A stretch of 64,000 nucleotides of DNA from positions 2,418,001-2,482,000 of the forward strand of contig CM035353.1 in assembly GCA_020137815.1 (NCBI GenBank). The letters are read 5' to 3'. The translations under genes were made by a program, and so were the position numbers. This document shows positions 1 to 12,909 of the stretch, piece after piece. The notes under the pieces are model-generated. The model was given only the letters and a program-made list of their open reading frames with translations, did no database searches and was not told the DNA's origin. The first letter of the stretch is position 1; the number at the start of each line of letters is the position of its first letter. Source of the stretch: Hormiphora californensis (lineage: Eukaryota; Animalia; Ctenophora).

Positions 1-154
1 GTCCGGAAGGATGGACATTTAATGGAAAAGTGTCAAGATGAATGCTGAAAAAACATAAAAAGTAGGGCTAAAAAAAGCTGAAAAAGGCCAACATAAAAAA
101 GCCATCAACCAAAATCAGGGTACCTTTAGCTTTTTTTAGGGCTGGCCCCCCCCC

Positions 155-505
155 CAGTCTACCATTCAATGTTTTGTCATATCATGGGGGGGGGGTTAAC
201 CCTAAAATTTTCTCCTTCACTTCAGAAAACGGCGGATCAGACGCAACATCCCTGCCCTCCACAGATACCCCTGGTGCCAGAGAAGTTATATTGCAGTTAC
301 AATTCAATTTTTATGTCATATCATTTGGGGGGGGGGGGGGATTTCAACCCTAAAATTCTCTCCCTCTCACTATTCTTCTCCCTTTCATAATATCCCCGCT
401 CCTTCACTTTGAAGGAAACTTCGGCCCAGACGCTACACCCCTGCAGCCCTCCATGATAGATGCCCCTGGAGAAGGTATATTGCAGTCTACCATTCAATTT
501 TTACT
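155..505. repeat. Imperfect tandem repeat (about 2.5 units, 140-190 bp)
   Basis: CAGTCTACCATTCAAT-like starts at 155, 294 and 483. The blocks TGTCATATCAT-G(n)-AACCCTAAAATT and AGACGC(A/T)ACA..CCCTGC recur. Confidence 0.6.
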
Positions 506-2121
506 TCACTTTGGGTATTGGTACCATGCGACTATAACAGCAACTAAACAAAGAGGTAATGAAAACACTATCTCTATCCCTCTATCTCTCTATCTGTTCT
601 TGGTTTATATCTAAATGAAAAAACTAAACAATCTGTATTTGAGCTCAAAGCTGAACAAATTTATTATTCTCAGGATTGAAGTACAAGGTCGTTTTCGACG
701 ACGATGGAATATCCAAGTGGACGAATGACATTGCAGAAAAGGGGACACATGAGGTAAGAACCCCCTAGAAGAAACGCTAGAAAAGTCATCACCTGTTTAT
801 TAATTATCTGAGACCCCGGTCTCAGTATGTTGTTTCTTCAAAATATTAAAAAATTGTACCATCCGAGGTATTATATTGCCACACCTGTGACATCACACAA
901 TTGGTACACTAAATAGTGACTACCACAGGTTGAAGAGGAATGGGGGTCCGACTGTATTATGTTTACAAAAGGTTAAGACTGAGAGAAACAAGGAGAAGGC
1001 TAATGGTGCCGAGAAAAGAATTATGATCATCAATCTTCCTAACTGATAACTTGATAACTTCTCTTGAGAGGTGACTCCCCATGTTATGGAGCAAGAGTGT
1101 GTTGTTTTTCTTCTTTTTAAAACAGAACTGTTTAACCAGAACTTTAATATCCAATTTTAAAACGTTTTTTAGTGTGCCCCACTAAGGACACACTAGACTA
1201 AGAGTCGGCGAAAATAAAATAAACACCATTTTTGAGAATTGGGTAATCTGAGTCGGCAAAAAGAAAATAAGCACCGGTGGGCCAGTTGAGGTGGAAAGCA
1301 AGAATGGATGAAGCGGCAACGCAAACTCCACCTCTGATCCTCCATGACCAGGAAACGCAGACTCCCTCCCAGGAAACACGTCACATCCGGTAAGACCCTG
1401 CATCCTATCTACAACCAATAACAAGTAACTATAACTATCGTTGCTTCCCTGCAGCAGGGGGTGTGTGGATAGAGATGCAGCAAAAAAGACCATCCAGAGT
1501 CACATACGATATTTGGAGGAAACAGTTGAAAGTCATCGAGCCCGCAACACAAAGTTAGAGGAGGAGAGTCGGTGCAACAGCACAACTTGTTACAAACATG
1601 AATTGCTCACAATTTGACGCACCTCATATAAAAGGTCCTCTACTGTGCAAGATGTTCGTGGCATTCCCACCTGCCTAAGGTGACCTGGGGAGTGAACACT
1701 GAACGTACCAACGAAATAATGCCATTTCTTCAGAACCTGGTCGGCAATATCCCTACGAGACTTGAAATAGGATTATATGCACATACTGCAAAGGCGTGAA
1801 GCCCTATGGACACAATCTCGGGCTTGTAAGAACCGATGTCCAAAACATCACACACACATGATCTTTAAATATGATGTTTGAAAGCAATGACATAGAATGG
1901 GTGAAGTATAATATATATTTTCGATGATGACATCCGCCTCCTCCCGAGGGTAAAAGAGAGGAGGTAGCACGAGGTACAGGCTGCTGAAGATATCACTTAT
2001 CAGGGGGCTGACAGTCAACTTTAAGGATGCTGTGGATAGGGTAGTGGTAGTGGAAATGGACAGTGGGGATAGTTCAGGATAGTAACCCGAACCCCGTTTC
2101 CCCCACTACACGACGAACAAG

Positions 2122-2445
2122 ATGAACAATAATACAATAAATGAGGATATCCTGCTCATCGAAAATGAAGAGGAGATCCCGGAGTTACCGGAGCAGCACT
2201 CAGCAGGTCCAGACACCATCCAATGGAAAATGATGGACATTGTACTACCAGCTATCCAGGAATACCTGGAAAGCATCCTGAAGGATTGCATAATCCTTGG
2301 AACGATTCCGGAACAATGGCTGAAGACTAAAGGAGTTCTACTGAGGAAACCGGGGAGGGATGCAACAAAAACAAGCGGATACAGAACTATACCTCTCTCC
2401 AGTGTAATGTTCAAGCTCCTATAGAAAAGTTGTTAATCCGCTTTC
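2122..2445 (+). pseudogene. Degenerate non-LTR retrotransposon reverse transcriptase fragment (N-terminal RT region)
   Basis: Translation SAGPDTI...ILKDCIILGTIPEQWLKTKGVLLRKPGRDATKTSGYRTIPLSSVMFKLL* matches the LINE RT pattern GPDGI...G.IP..W......L.KPGK......YRPISL.S...KLLE. It is broken by a stop. Confidence 0.75.
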
Positions 2446-2454
2446 AACGCACAA

Positions 2455-2580
2455 CAGGATAACAGAACCCTATTTCCCAGGATAATAGAACCATATTTCC
2501 CAGGATAACAGAACGCTATTTCCCAGGATAACAGAATCCTATTTCCCAGGTTAACAGAACGCTATTTCCCAGGATAACCA
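2455..2580. repeat. Minisatellite, ~24-bp unit x5
   Basis: CTATTTCCCAGGATAACAGAAC(C/G) is repeated in tandem. Confidence 0.9.
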
Positions 2581-3308
2581 AACTTTAGCGGCAAAACTAT
2601 CATTGTATTTTATAGCGGGCGGGGCCAAACAGTTTACAGCTGTGAAAGTAGACTATGAATTTACTCAATAAAACAGACAACCGGTATCACAAAAAACGGA
2701 CTCTGGGCCTGAAAGCACAGAATACCTTTATCAGGCTTCTGTTGGAGTTTGAGGAGATGAAAATGCAGATTATCCTGGAACGATTCCGGAACAATATGTT
2801 CAAGTTCAATTTCAAATAAATTACACACAATAGTTAATACAACATACAGTGCAGAAATTCCCATCTCGTGGGTCCTCCTTTGTCAACTAGTATACATGTA
2901 AATATGTATTTAAAAGTCCCTACTCAGACATAAACAGCGTCAGCAGCAAACAACATCTACAGCTTCACACAACACTCTTCCTTTCTGCCTCTCGAAACTC
3001 ATTAGGGACCGTCATATAGCCACGCACCGGTGGTCTGTCATAGAATTCCTTCATGAACGCACCAAGGTTTGCCTTCTGAAAGAGTAACCTCTCGAAGGAG
3101 TTAATTCCATAACCGAGGTGCCCTGAAGCCTAAAGAAGCCTAAAGGAATTCTACTGAAAAAATCGCCACTAGAAACTCTCGGGTTTCTGTGTGGCTCTAA
3201 AAAACACTTCGAATCGGAGAGGCACTATCAACGATGCGGCTGGAGGCTTTCAATATTGGATAAATGGTGAAATTCTAAATGAAAAGCAATACAACACAAG
3301 TTCACACG

Positions 3309-3356
3309 TACAGAACGATAACTCTCTCTAGCGTAATGTTCAAGCTACTAGAAAAG
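3309..3356 (+). pseudogene. Second short fragment of the same LINE RT
   Basis: TACAGAACGATAACTCTCTCTAGCGTAATGTTCAAGCTACTAGAAAAG = YRTITLSSVMFKLLEK, a diverged copy of 2380-2428. Confidence 0.65.
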
Positions 3357-4585
3357 TATCAATGTACAACAGGGAATATATCTACAACCGATTGCAAGAC
3401 TTGCAATTTAATATAACAATTATTGACTCAAATATTGACTGAGTATGGATAGATGACACGAGGCTATCCTTTTACCCTTATAGGTGAATGCCTTATGCCA
3501 CGTCAACTAACTTCCGAGCAACACACCGGTGTATCGTTTGAGTCCATACCCCTTGGAGACACCGCACAATCTGCCAATGAGTACGAGGAAACATTCATTC
3601 ATGAAGAGGAGCCAAGCATAACAGATTAGTAAAATCAGCACAAGCAACAATTGCCTTCATCGTAATTATAGATTTACGCACATATATAAGTCGATGAAGA
3701 TATATCCTGTTAAGGATTTTATCCAATAGTAAGTACAATCTGCCACACAGATTGCTAAAACAGAAATTGCATCTGTGTGCAAAACGATAAGAGATGCCAT
3801 ACTCCTGTGGTTGTCGAAAATTACACTCTTTAAATTAAAATTAAATTATTTAATACCTAGAATACTAATATACCCATCTGCATAACTAGCAAAATCCCAT
3901 CTCCACCGTTCTTGGTATGGGTTTAAATGGCCGCTCAAAGGAAGTGAAGAACGCCAAGTGGTAAACCTAGAAATCAGCAATACAGGAAGATCCCAGATCA
4001 ATAGTAATTACAGGTTTTGTAAATTGACACTTATAACCACCTGGAATCGAGGGAGAGGATGACCCGTGTGTTAAACTGAATTCCCAAGAGAAAGTGGAGA
4101 AAACACTAAAGACTCTTAAAGGGAAACTAGAATAACGAAAAAGGGGTGATTTTGCCACAAAATCGAAGCCGCGAAAAGGGGACGATAAAGTCAAAACTAG
4201 AATAACTATTATTTATACCAATCTACATTAATTTCACGGCCCCCTAGTCAGAAGGGAATTGTCATTGCCAGGATTAGAAAATTCGAAGCTGAAGCATTTA
4301 GCAATTGCTCAGCAATTAAGAGATACTAGCGCAACAGGAAGACCTGTTTATTTAGTGATGTTTTTATCTCATAATATACTAATATAGATCGAACGCTACC
4401 CAAAGGGGAACTTGCCCCAAAGACTTGACGGCGATTGCTAGGATAATTGTTTGGTATCAGTCCAGTATAATGCAGGAGTGTGGCGGACCAGCAGGTTGGA
4501 ATAAGAACCCTGTTAAACCTCAGCGTGGAAATAGAGAAGGTGAACGGTGATATACCGGAGCTTGTTGTAATGGTCAGTATGGAGA

Positions 4586-5357
4586 GGTGTGCGGACTCTA
4601 GTGCTAAAATCACTAAAAGCGAACTCGAGATTTCGGCCGTTAGGCCGGAAACGAGAGTTTTCTGTACCTCTATACTCATTTCGAAGTGTTAGGGCCGTTA
4701 TTTGGGTTCGAGGTTAGGGGTTAGGGTAAAGGTTATCCCGGTGTCCGGGGGGTTTAAAGTGGCCGGGAATGGCCGTAGGCCATTCCCAAAATCGACCGAT
4801 TTTCCGTGGCTAGTAGTTAGCAGTTCAATAAATATCGCTGTCGGCAGGGCACCATCTTTATAAGTCATTTAGAAAGTTTTAAAAAAGTTTTAAAAAAGTG
4901 TTTTCACCCAGGACCGATCGGGATTCGAACCCGGATCTCCCGCTTGATAGGCAAGCTCTAGACCGCTAGGCCACCTCAGCGCTTAATAAATTGCAATCGG
5001 GAATGTATTTATTCTTTATGTGCGCTTTTCGGCCAAGGAGAGGGGGAAGATTTCGGCCAGAGACCGAAATATTCCCGTTTTTTTGAGGTAAGACAGGTAG
5101 ATTTGAACCGATTTTCGCGCGGCGTCTGATTTTGTGCGTGATAGCCTAGAAATCGTTACCAGCGTCCCCCAGACATGAATTTCGGTCCAAAAAACTAAGG
5201 AGTGCCAGGTGAACACACTGTGTCATTTGTGTGAAAAATGGCCGAAATTAAATTTGGCCGTCGGGAATCGTCTTCCCATATTCCTCTGGTTATGGTTAGA
5301 TATAGAGTCCTCCTTGGGTTTAGATATAGAGTCCGTTAGCACTAGAGTCCGCCCACC
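4586..5357. mobile_element. Non-autonomous DNA transposon (MITE), 22-bp TIR, 9-bp TSD (Merlin- or MULE-like)
   Basis: Left TIR GGTGTGCGGACTCTAGTGCTAA (4586-4607) is the reverse complement of the right TIR TTAGCACTAGAGTCCGCCCACC (ends 5357), with 1 mismatch. GTATGGAGA is duplicated at 4577-4585 and 5358-5366. Subterminal TTAGATATAGAGTCC repeats are present. Confidence 0.9.
4911..4980 (-). ncRNA. tRNA-derived Pol III cassette (pseudo-tRNA) inside the MITE
   Basis: The minus strand has A box TGGCCTAGCGG, anticodon-like arm CTTGC-CTATCAA-GCGGG, B box GGTTCGAATCC and a T6 terminator at 4892-4897. The acceptor stem does not pair properly. Confidence 0.7.
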
Positions 5358-5488
5358 GTATGGAGATCCATAATTTTAAGGTTCCGACCGGTTCCAACGG
5401 TGATATCGTTGGCTGAAACAACGGAGAATGTAGATTCTGCAGCCAATGGATTTGAAAAGTAAATCAGCGGCTACACGAGTTATAAATA

Positions 5489-5660
5489 CAGTCGGACCCC
5501 GATTTACCGGGATGCTCGGGGGAAAGGGTTTTGCCCGGTAAATCGGGGTGTCCGGTATATCGGGGTCAAATACCGTTAATTTCCTATATCGGGGGAATTT
5601 TATCCTCCCGGTAAATCGGGGTTCCGGTAAATCGGGGCCCGGTAAATCGGGGTCGGACTG
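5489..5660. mobile_element. Tc1/mariner-pogo type MITE with TA TSD
   Basis: TA|CAGTCGGACCCCGATTTACCGGG ... CCCGGTAAATCGGGGTCGGACTG|TA, with internal CCGGTAAATCGGGG repeats. Fragments of the family also lie at ~943-956, 16211-16231, 57682-57750 and 60781-60863. Confidence 0.9.
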
Positions 5661-6147
5661 TACCGTAAAAAATTAATTCCTTTATTGTAAACAAATGTAA
5701 GGTACGATTACATTATTATATGTGGAAGTTTTCAGATGTTTTAATTATTATGAGCACATGCTGAAATGGATGGGATTAATGAGCGATAATTTTAAGATCG
5801 GTTTCATAAGCGAGACGCCCAAAATAAATAAATAATGTGAATACTGAATGATGAAAGATTTGAGAACTAATTAAACGTCCTCAAAGGCGTTAACCACATT
5901 CACGATCTAACAACAGAAGTCTTCTACGAGCTGGAAAGTGACGTAGAATCTATAAAAAACTTGGAAGATTGCGAAATGGAAGTCCAAGGATTGGTGTTGG
6001 TAGAAGAACAACTACACTACCAAACCCCTCATTACGATAGCCAAAGACATCGATCGAAGCTGATATTTTAAATATTGGGTACATAGTGACTATTAATTAA
6101 ATTGTAAATTTTAAATTCAAAAGGAGCTAAGAAACTGTTATTTGCCG

Positions 6148-6851
6148 AATCAGTTCAAACATTTGCAGTTTCATATTTGTTTCATTTTGAATGCTCTGTT
6201 ACACTGACATACACCCGTCTAAGTCTCTCTTTAATCCTAAATCTATCAATTTACAACCGCATCGCCTAGTCTGGTTCAGTCATTCTGTCAAATAGTGCTC
6301 CTTTCCTGTATCTTTCAACACAGTACCTCTAATATCTGATCTCTAACGCACTCAATACCTGCTCGTTTTCTTGTACTCAGGTCACGTCCATAATATTGCT
6401 CTGTCTCAAAACATACTCCTTGTGCTAATGCTCCTCTATATCCCCTAATGATTCCCAAAATTTCAAGTTTCTATCTTCAAAACTGTGGTCTCAGTAGCAT
6501 TAAAACTGTCAAATACATCATTCTACATTCTGGATACAGAATAACTTTGCGGATGTGTGACATAAACGAATTGCCGGGATTCTCCAGACTCTCTCACAAT
6601 CAGTTCAAACATTTGCAGTTTCATATTTGTTTCATTTTGAATGCTCTGTTACACTGACATACACCCGTCTAAGTCTCTCTTTAATCCTAAATCTATCAAT
6701 TTACAACCGCATCGCCTAGTCTGGTTCAGTCATTCTGTCAAATAGTGCTCCTTTCCTGTATCTTTCAACACAGTACCTCTAATATCTGATCTCTAACGCA
6801 CTCAATACCTGCTCGTTTTCTTGTACTCAGGTCACGTCCATAATATTGCTC
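6148..6851. repeat. Direct duplication, 254 bp (6148-6401 and 6598-6851)
   Basis: AATCAGTTCAAACATTTGCAG...GTCACGTCCATAATATTGCTC occurs twice, apparently identical, offset 450 bp. Confidence 0.95.
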
Positions 6852-8058
6852 AATCCTTGTGTTTTGGTGCACTAAGTCGCTTATCGCGTGTAACAACTCA
6901 CAATTGTTCTTATCTGTCCCACCCGTCTTGTCCTATAGAACATCGTACACATTCTAGGGACGCTACAATCTGTCCCACCTCTTATTTGTATTTGATCATT
7001 TTTGTTCATCTTGATCTCTACTGGAAGTGGAAATGGTACACCTCTCATCTGATCACCAACAACATCACGGTACCAATCATACATCAAAAAGCTGTAAGTT
7101 CATCTGTCTGTATTGTCTGTTCATCTATTGTGTACCATTGATAATGATTCCGGAGTAAACCTTACCAATCAATAATTTAATTAGAGCTACTATAGACAGA
7201 CTACCCCAGACCCAAGCTTGAGAAGTGTCCACTCGACGGACCGTCGTCGTAACAAACAAACGAACATGCCTACCTGCACAGCAACCCAAGCTTGAAAATG
7301 TGCCCCCTAACTTGTCTTTTTGCTTATTCGCAAGATAACTGCAATGTCCTCACGGGGCGGAGATGCGAAGAGTGCAACCGACCTTTAACCGTGGGGGCTG
7401 CGTAAGTGTCTTGCAAGTACAATGACTGACTGACAATATGAATGCAATGATATCAACTGACCACAACACGATGACAGACGCTATGACGAGGTTGCAATGT
7501 CGTTCTGCCCTAACGGGCAGAGTTTGGCACGCTATAACCTATCTGTACCACCACCACCACCACTGTTATTTGCCCTCAGACAACCATGCCACGGGAGTAA
7601 ACCAACTCCACAATGGGAATTGTTAAAAAAACACCATTCACAAAATAACATATATTATATGTGGCGGTCATGGTGATGGAGTTTGCAACGAGCAACATGT
7701 ATTAGCACCCGAGACCAGTCCTCTCAGGGACGACAATAATTGACAGTTGCAATATGTAACACCGGTAACGTCTGTAGAACGAATCAAGTGTCCTTTATAT
7801 AATACGAGTACGACGAGAACATGTTCAGTTTTGGATCCTTTAATCAGGATAATCTTGAATTTTTGGTGAGGGTGAGCGGGTCTGGAGAGACAATGTCATA
7901 CATTCTACAAAGATGCAATGAGTTGGAAATGTAAGTGGTATTGCGATTGCCATGCTAGAAAAACTGCATTATCTCTATTATAATTTGGAGATGACTGATG
8001 TGATGGCCGTACGTTCAGCAGTATCTACGCGACAGACTGCTCCTTCATAAAACACTTC

Positions 8059-8146
8059 ATAAAACACGGTTCGACACAAACGTGTCCTCATCAGTGTTAA
8101 GCTTAACACTAATGAGGAAACTTTTGTGTCAAAACGTTTGTTTTAT
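8059..8146. ncRNA. Inverted pair of degenerate minimal hammerhead-ribozyme motifs (Penelope-like pLTR remnant)
   Basis: Palindrome centred on AAG|CTT (8101/8102). The minus arm reads AACA-CTGATGA-G-GACAC-GTTT-GTGTC-GAA-CCGT. The plus arm reads AACA-CTAATGA-G-GAAAC-TTTT-GTGTC-AAA-ACGT-T-TGTT. Confidence 0.6.
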
Positions 8147-9861
8147 TAGCAATTTGATTTTAACACCTGAATCAACGTCGTTTTCCTGAATGCCTGAACC
8201 CACGCTAACACATGCGAGACCTGTTTGGAGGTCATTCAGTGGCCCCCACTCCAATCAAATTTGGTCACTATATAGTGGTTTATGAAGGAGCAGACTGTCG
8301 CTTAGATACCGCCTATTGCGCCAACGAACGACTTCGACGTTCCTCTCCAAATTATAATAGAGATCCTTCAAACCTTACAATTATTATTAAATATTTTTCG
8401 TTATTAATACAATTAAAATAATATGGTTGGGAGGGTGTTTTAATCCTAACTCCCTTTTAGAATTGATCTAACTGAATCAGATGAGGCCATGTTTTCCCTG
8501 ACGATTCTCGGTGATTCCCTGATGGTTAGAGGACAACAACGAGGGTAATAGAGAGTGAGGAAATGTGCATAAAATGTGAAAGTAACCTGCCGGCAGACAG
8601 GAAATCTTTCTGCTGGAGAATTCTAACCGCTGAGAAAAGTTTTTTCAGTATAAGAATGTTGATTAAGTGGGCAATACAACTTGTAATCAAATGTTTAATC
8701 TCTTTCTCAGATGCACCAGATGTACCTGTTGATAAAGACTCGATGGGACCAATGGGCCGGCCTTGCTGTTAGGATTCATGAAGAGGTGGGATACCTTCTG
8801 CAGGGCCAATAAAGTATCTGAGACACTGAAAGCCATAATGGAAAAGAAAATGTAGTGAAATTTTTTCATGTTCCACCCACACATGATGATGGCTTTAGAT
8901 ACTAAAACCTAACCCTGCACTTCTACCTGATTGTTCTCGCCCGACCGTGAAACAAGTTCTTGCATTGGTGGAACTCAAGAAGCGAAAGCTTGGATCATCC
9001 AAACTAATCTCTTGACGTAACTCACCTTTTTGTAATACTATTTTATAATTTAATATATTAACATTTCAAAAATGACTTTGCTTCCGAACATACGAGGGTG
9101 CAAGTTATATTGCTCGCACAAACAGACACACATGATCGTGTCGTTCTCTTTGCCGTTGCTCCTCCTTATCAGTATCTCACCACTACAACTATAACTGCAG
9201 GACAATATTGACAGTGTCAAATTATTGTCAACAGATTTAATAATAATAATGCAGCCGACAACCCTATAAAAGTTCATGACTGCGAAAAGAACTCGGGCTG
9301 CTGGGGGAGGGGGCGACCACTCCCCTCAGATCCTATCATCCCCCTAGCAGGCCCACCCCCGTCGGGTAGGTCTCGCGCCCAAGGGACCCACGATGTCTTA
9401 TCTGCTCCTGTCAATGTTATAGCCACCCCTTCCCGTCTCCCCTTACATCACGTCCAAATCACCGAAGTACCTGAGTATGGAGACGGTCAAGTAACATCCA
9501 ACAAGTATCTAGGGACAATGGATATATGCAGAAAACCCACTCGCAGGGCTCATTGCGAATGAGATGGAAATTTCCCCGGAAACGCCCTCTCCGCCAAGGC
9601 CGCGGTGGACAAGTGGACGGCTGTCAGGAATAACTATTTCCAGACAATGCGGCTATAAGATATAATGAAACAGGTACAACGATAGAAAGTAATAGACCAT
9701 TTGGGAAGTAAACAGTGTAGTCGAACACATTTTTTCTGCAGATTTCCCCTTGTACGAGTTTTTAGGAATAATGCATTCCATCCACCCGGCCCTTCCTACT
9801 GCAGACGTACTTGAACACACTAACAACTATTTTACCTCAGGAAGCTGAATCTCAGAAAGAA

Positions 9862-10652
9862 CCGGGTTGGTTTAAGATACTACACCAACATCTTGGACCA
9901 GTGCCCTGATAAAACCGGATGCCCGACTGACGACGGGACCGAATGGCCGACTCCAGAAGGCAATCCGGAGGAAAACGATAGAAGATATTCATGGTAACAT
10001 GGCAGAAGAACAGAAACGCCATAACACACAGATCCAGGATATCACGAGAGAAAGAAATGTTCTGCTCAAACAAATCTTAGATAAACTGTGAAGTGCTGGC
10101 TGTGATATAGCTTTTTTGTACGTCTACTATGTTATCATGTATTGTTGTAAAAGTAAAGTGTGTTTTATTGTTGAATGTTGATGGGTTTGTTGATACAACT
10201 ATGAGTTAGTAGAGTGATCTCGTGATATTGAAACATGCGAAAAGTTATTCAAAATTAATAGAGTTGTGACAGTTGACCTGTTAAAAAGCGAGATTGAGAG
10301 AATCGGAGTCAGAATTGGTTTGGGATACTGCACCAACATCTCGGGACCAGTGCCCTGATACAACCGGAACCATACAACCGGAACAACCAGAAGAACCTGA
10401 ACAACCGGAACCTGAACAACCGGAACCATAGATTGGATCGTAACCCTTCACCGGCATTTTGGGAACACGCTCTAACCACGCCAGATGTCAGGTTCACAAC
10501 TGGCACCAATGGACGAAGTCAGAAGGCAGTGAGGAGAAGACAATCGACCAGGAAACACAGCAGTAGAAGCAGAAGAGGCACAACACCGATATTATGGCTA
10601 TAATGAGGAAGAGAAACAATATTCTGGAAAAAAAATCATTGAGAAACTCTAA
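9862..10652 (+). pseudogene. Two diverged remnants resembling the C-terminal half of a Myb/SANT (trihelix) TE protein
   Basis: WF(K/G)ILHQHLG..A.IQP is followed by acidic/coiled tails ending RHNTQIQDITRERNVLLKQILDKL* (10091) and RHNTDIMAIMRKRNNILEK..EKL* (10652). Both are frameshifted. The WFGILHQHLGTSALIQP block recurs at ~11738 and ~12651. Confidence 0.45.
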
Positions 10653-10800
10653 ATGGTGTTTGGTAATGGGTCTGTTGATTTATAATAGGAATAAGGAGAT
10701 GGAACGTTTTTAGTCCTATTGTCGTGCATTTATTGTGTTTATTCGAAATTCGAAAAAGCAAACATCATTGATTCAGATTTCGAAAATTTTGAATAAGGAG

Positions 10801-10925
10801 AAGTTGAACCCCCAGCCGCCAGACATACTGCAGTCGAACCCCCAGCCGCCACAGGAACAGTTGAACCCCCAGCCACCAGACCTACTGCAGTCGAACCCCC
10901 AGCCGCCACAGGAATAGTTGAACAG
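10801..10925. repeat. Tandem repeat, 57-bp unit built from two GAACCCCCAGCCGCCA sub-units
   Basis: GTTGAACCCCCAGCC(G/A)CCAGAC(A/C)TACTGCAGTCGAACCCCCAGCCGCCACAGGAA occurs twice. Confidence 0.9.
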
Positions 10926-11355
10926 TAACCGTGGAGGACCCCCGATGCGATATTCTTTTATATAACATCTGGGACGGGGGAAGTAAAGAATGTAGGGAGT
11001 GTGTATCTCATAAAAATTATAACACAAAATACAAGCACACTCTCCGCCATTACCCGGTGTGGAGGAGGAGAAGGAGGTTCTCCTAGGAGACGTGGAGGAG
11101 ACGGAAGGGGCCATATCGGTAGAGGGCGTAATTTTTAGTGATTTCTCCTTCCATATCTATTTCAGGGCTGTTGGAAAGCGGCCAATCAAGGGTACCCTAG
11201 AAGAAATTGAAAAAATCTTCCTCCGAAAGACAAAAGGAGCTGCGAACTATGCTAAAGACTACTAAGACAGCTGCGAAATTCCTGAGGTATGTTGACTCAA
11301 AATATATATATGCCGAGTTGGCCACGTGGCCAAAGTCTTAATTATCGCATATACA

Positions 11356-12909
11356 AATTGTAATATATTTGCAACCCATTTTCAGTAAAGGACTATTCAT
11401 GAAGTATGATGAGTCAACAGTATTCACACATAACCTCTGCCCGACCTCAAAACGACAGAACCAGGTCATATGTGAGGATTTTTACTGTCAGGACTACACA
11501 GGCTTACTGATATCGGCGTGCAACGAGAGATTTGACACCACCAATGCCAAAAAAACTCTCTATAATGTCCTTTCTAATACTAGGATAAAACTGTAAGTTT
11601 CTTTATTAAGAATTGGCCTACACAAACACACACACACACACATACATACATGAGAATCATTCTCTGAAACTTCGCGAAAATAGATTGGAAAATGTTCGGA
11701 CAATTTTGTGAAGAAAAAAAATTCTAAGAAAGACCCAGATTGGTTTGGGATACTACACCAACATCTCGGGACCAGTGCCCTAATACAACCGGATATGTCA
11801 GATAACCATAGATTGGTTCGTAACCCTTCACCGGCATTTGGGGAACACGCTCAACAGTTACATCGGGATACAGCCGCAAAAACGCAACCTGCTATCGACC
11901 ACATGTACCAAATCCGACCTCGCAACAGCAATTGGAGACTTTTTTATTATTCCTGAATCTGAACCATGCCCCAAATGCAAGCGCACCGACAACCTCCACG
12001 ATGGCAATCTCCTTCAGAAGTGTGAACACAGAAAACAACACCAGAGGACCTCCTAAATCCCCCCCCCCCCCAGGCCAACCAACACTGGAAGCAGCTTCCC
12101 ACAAGCACAGGGTGCACCAATCCAACCGCCGCACATAATCACTCCCCAGCTCCAAACCAGCCACGCGTACCGGGGCCCTGGAGACACCAACACCAGCCAC
12201 GTCAGCAGGGGCCATGGTTTTTTTCTATTTCCCGAAAAAATGGCATTTTGCCCCACTGTGCCACGTGGCCAAAATTGTAATATATTTGCAACCCATTTTT
12301 AGTAAAGGACTATTCATGAAGTATGATGAGTCAACAGTATTCACACATAACCTCTGCCCGACCTCAAAACGACAGAACCAGGTCATATGTGAGGATTTTT
12401 ACTGTCAGGACTACACAGGCTTACTGATATCGGCGTGCAACGAGAGATTTGACACCACCAATGCCAAAAAAACTCTCTATAATGTCCTTTCTAATACTAG
12501 GATAAAACTGTAAGTTTCTTTATTAAGAATTGGCCTACACAAACACACACACACATACATACATGAGAATCATTCTCTGAAACTTCGCGAAAATAGATTG
12601 GAAAATGTTCGACCAATTTTGTGAAGAAAAAAAATTCTAAGAAAGACCCAGATTGGTTTGGGATACTGCACCAACATCTCGGGACCAGTGCCCTAATACA
12701 ACCGGATATGTCAGAGAACCATAGATTGGTTTGTAACCCTTCGCCGGCATTCTGGGAACACGCTCAACAGTTACATCGGGATACAGCCGCAAAAACGCAA
12801 CCTGCTATCGACCACATGTACCAAATCCGACTTCGTAACAGCAATTGGAGACCTTTTTATTATTCCTGAATCTGAACCATGCCCCAAATGCAAGCGCACC
12901 GACAACCTC
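11356..12909. repeat. Direct duplication, ~640 bp (11356-11996 and 12272-12909)
   Basis: Both copies give the same ORF translations (QPIFSKGLFMKYDES...; KKKNSKKDPDWFG...). They differ by a few SNPs and a 4-bp shorter CA run. Confidence 0.95.

Noticed and set aside
2455-2580. CRISPR-like array
   Set aside because: The repeats are contiguous with no unique spacers, the context is eukaryotic, and there are no cas genes.
4711-4735. True telomere or interstitial telomere array
   Set aside because: Only 3-4 degenerate TTAGGG units, internal to a MITE.
4911-4980. Functional tRNA gene (also 21670-21742)
   Set aside because: The acceptor and other stems do not pair canonically, so they are kept only as tRNA-derived cassettes.
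7200-8000. Cys-rich exon-like fragments (e.g. GRRCEECNRPL)
   Set aside because: I could not join them into a consistent frame or assign a family.
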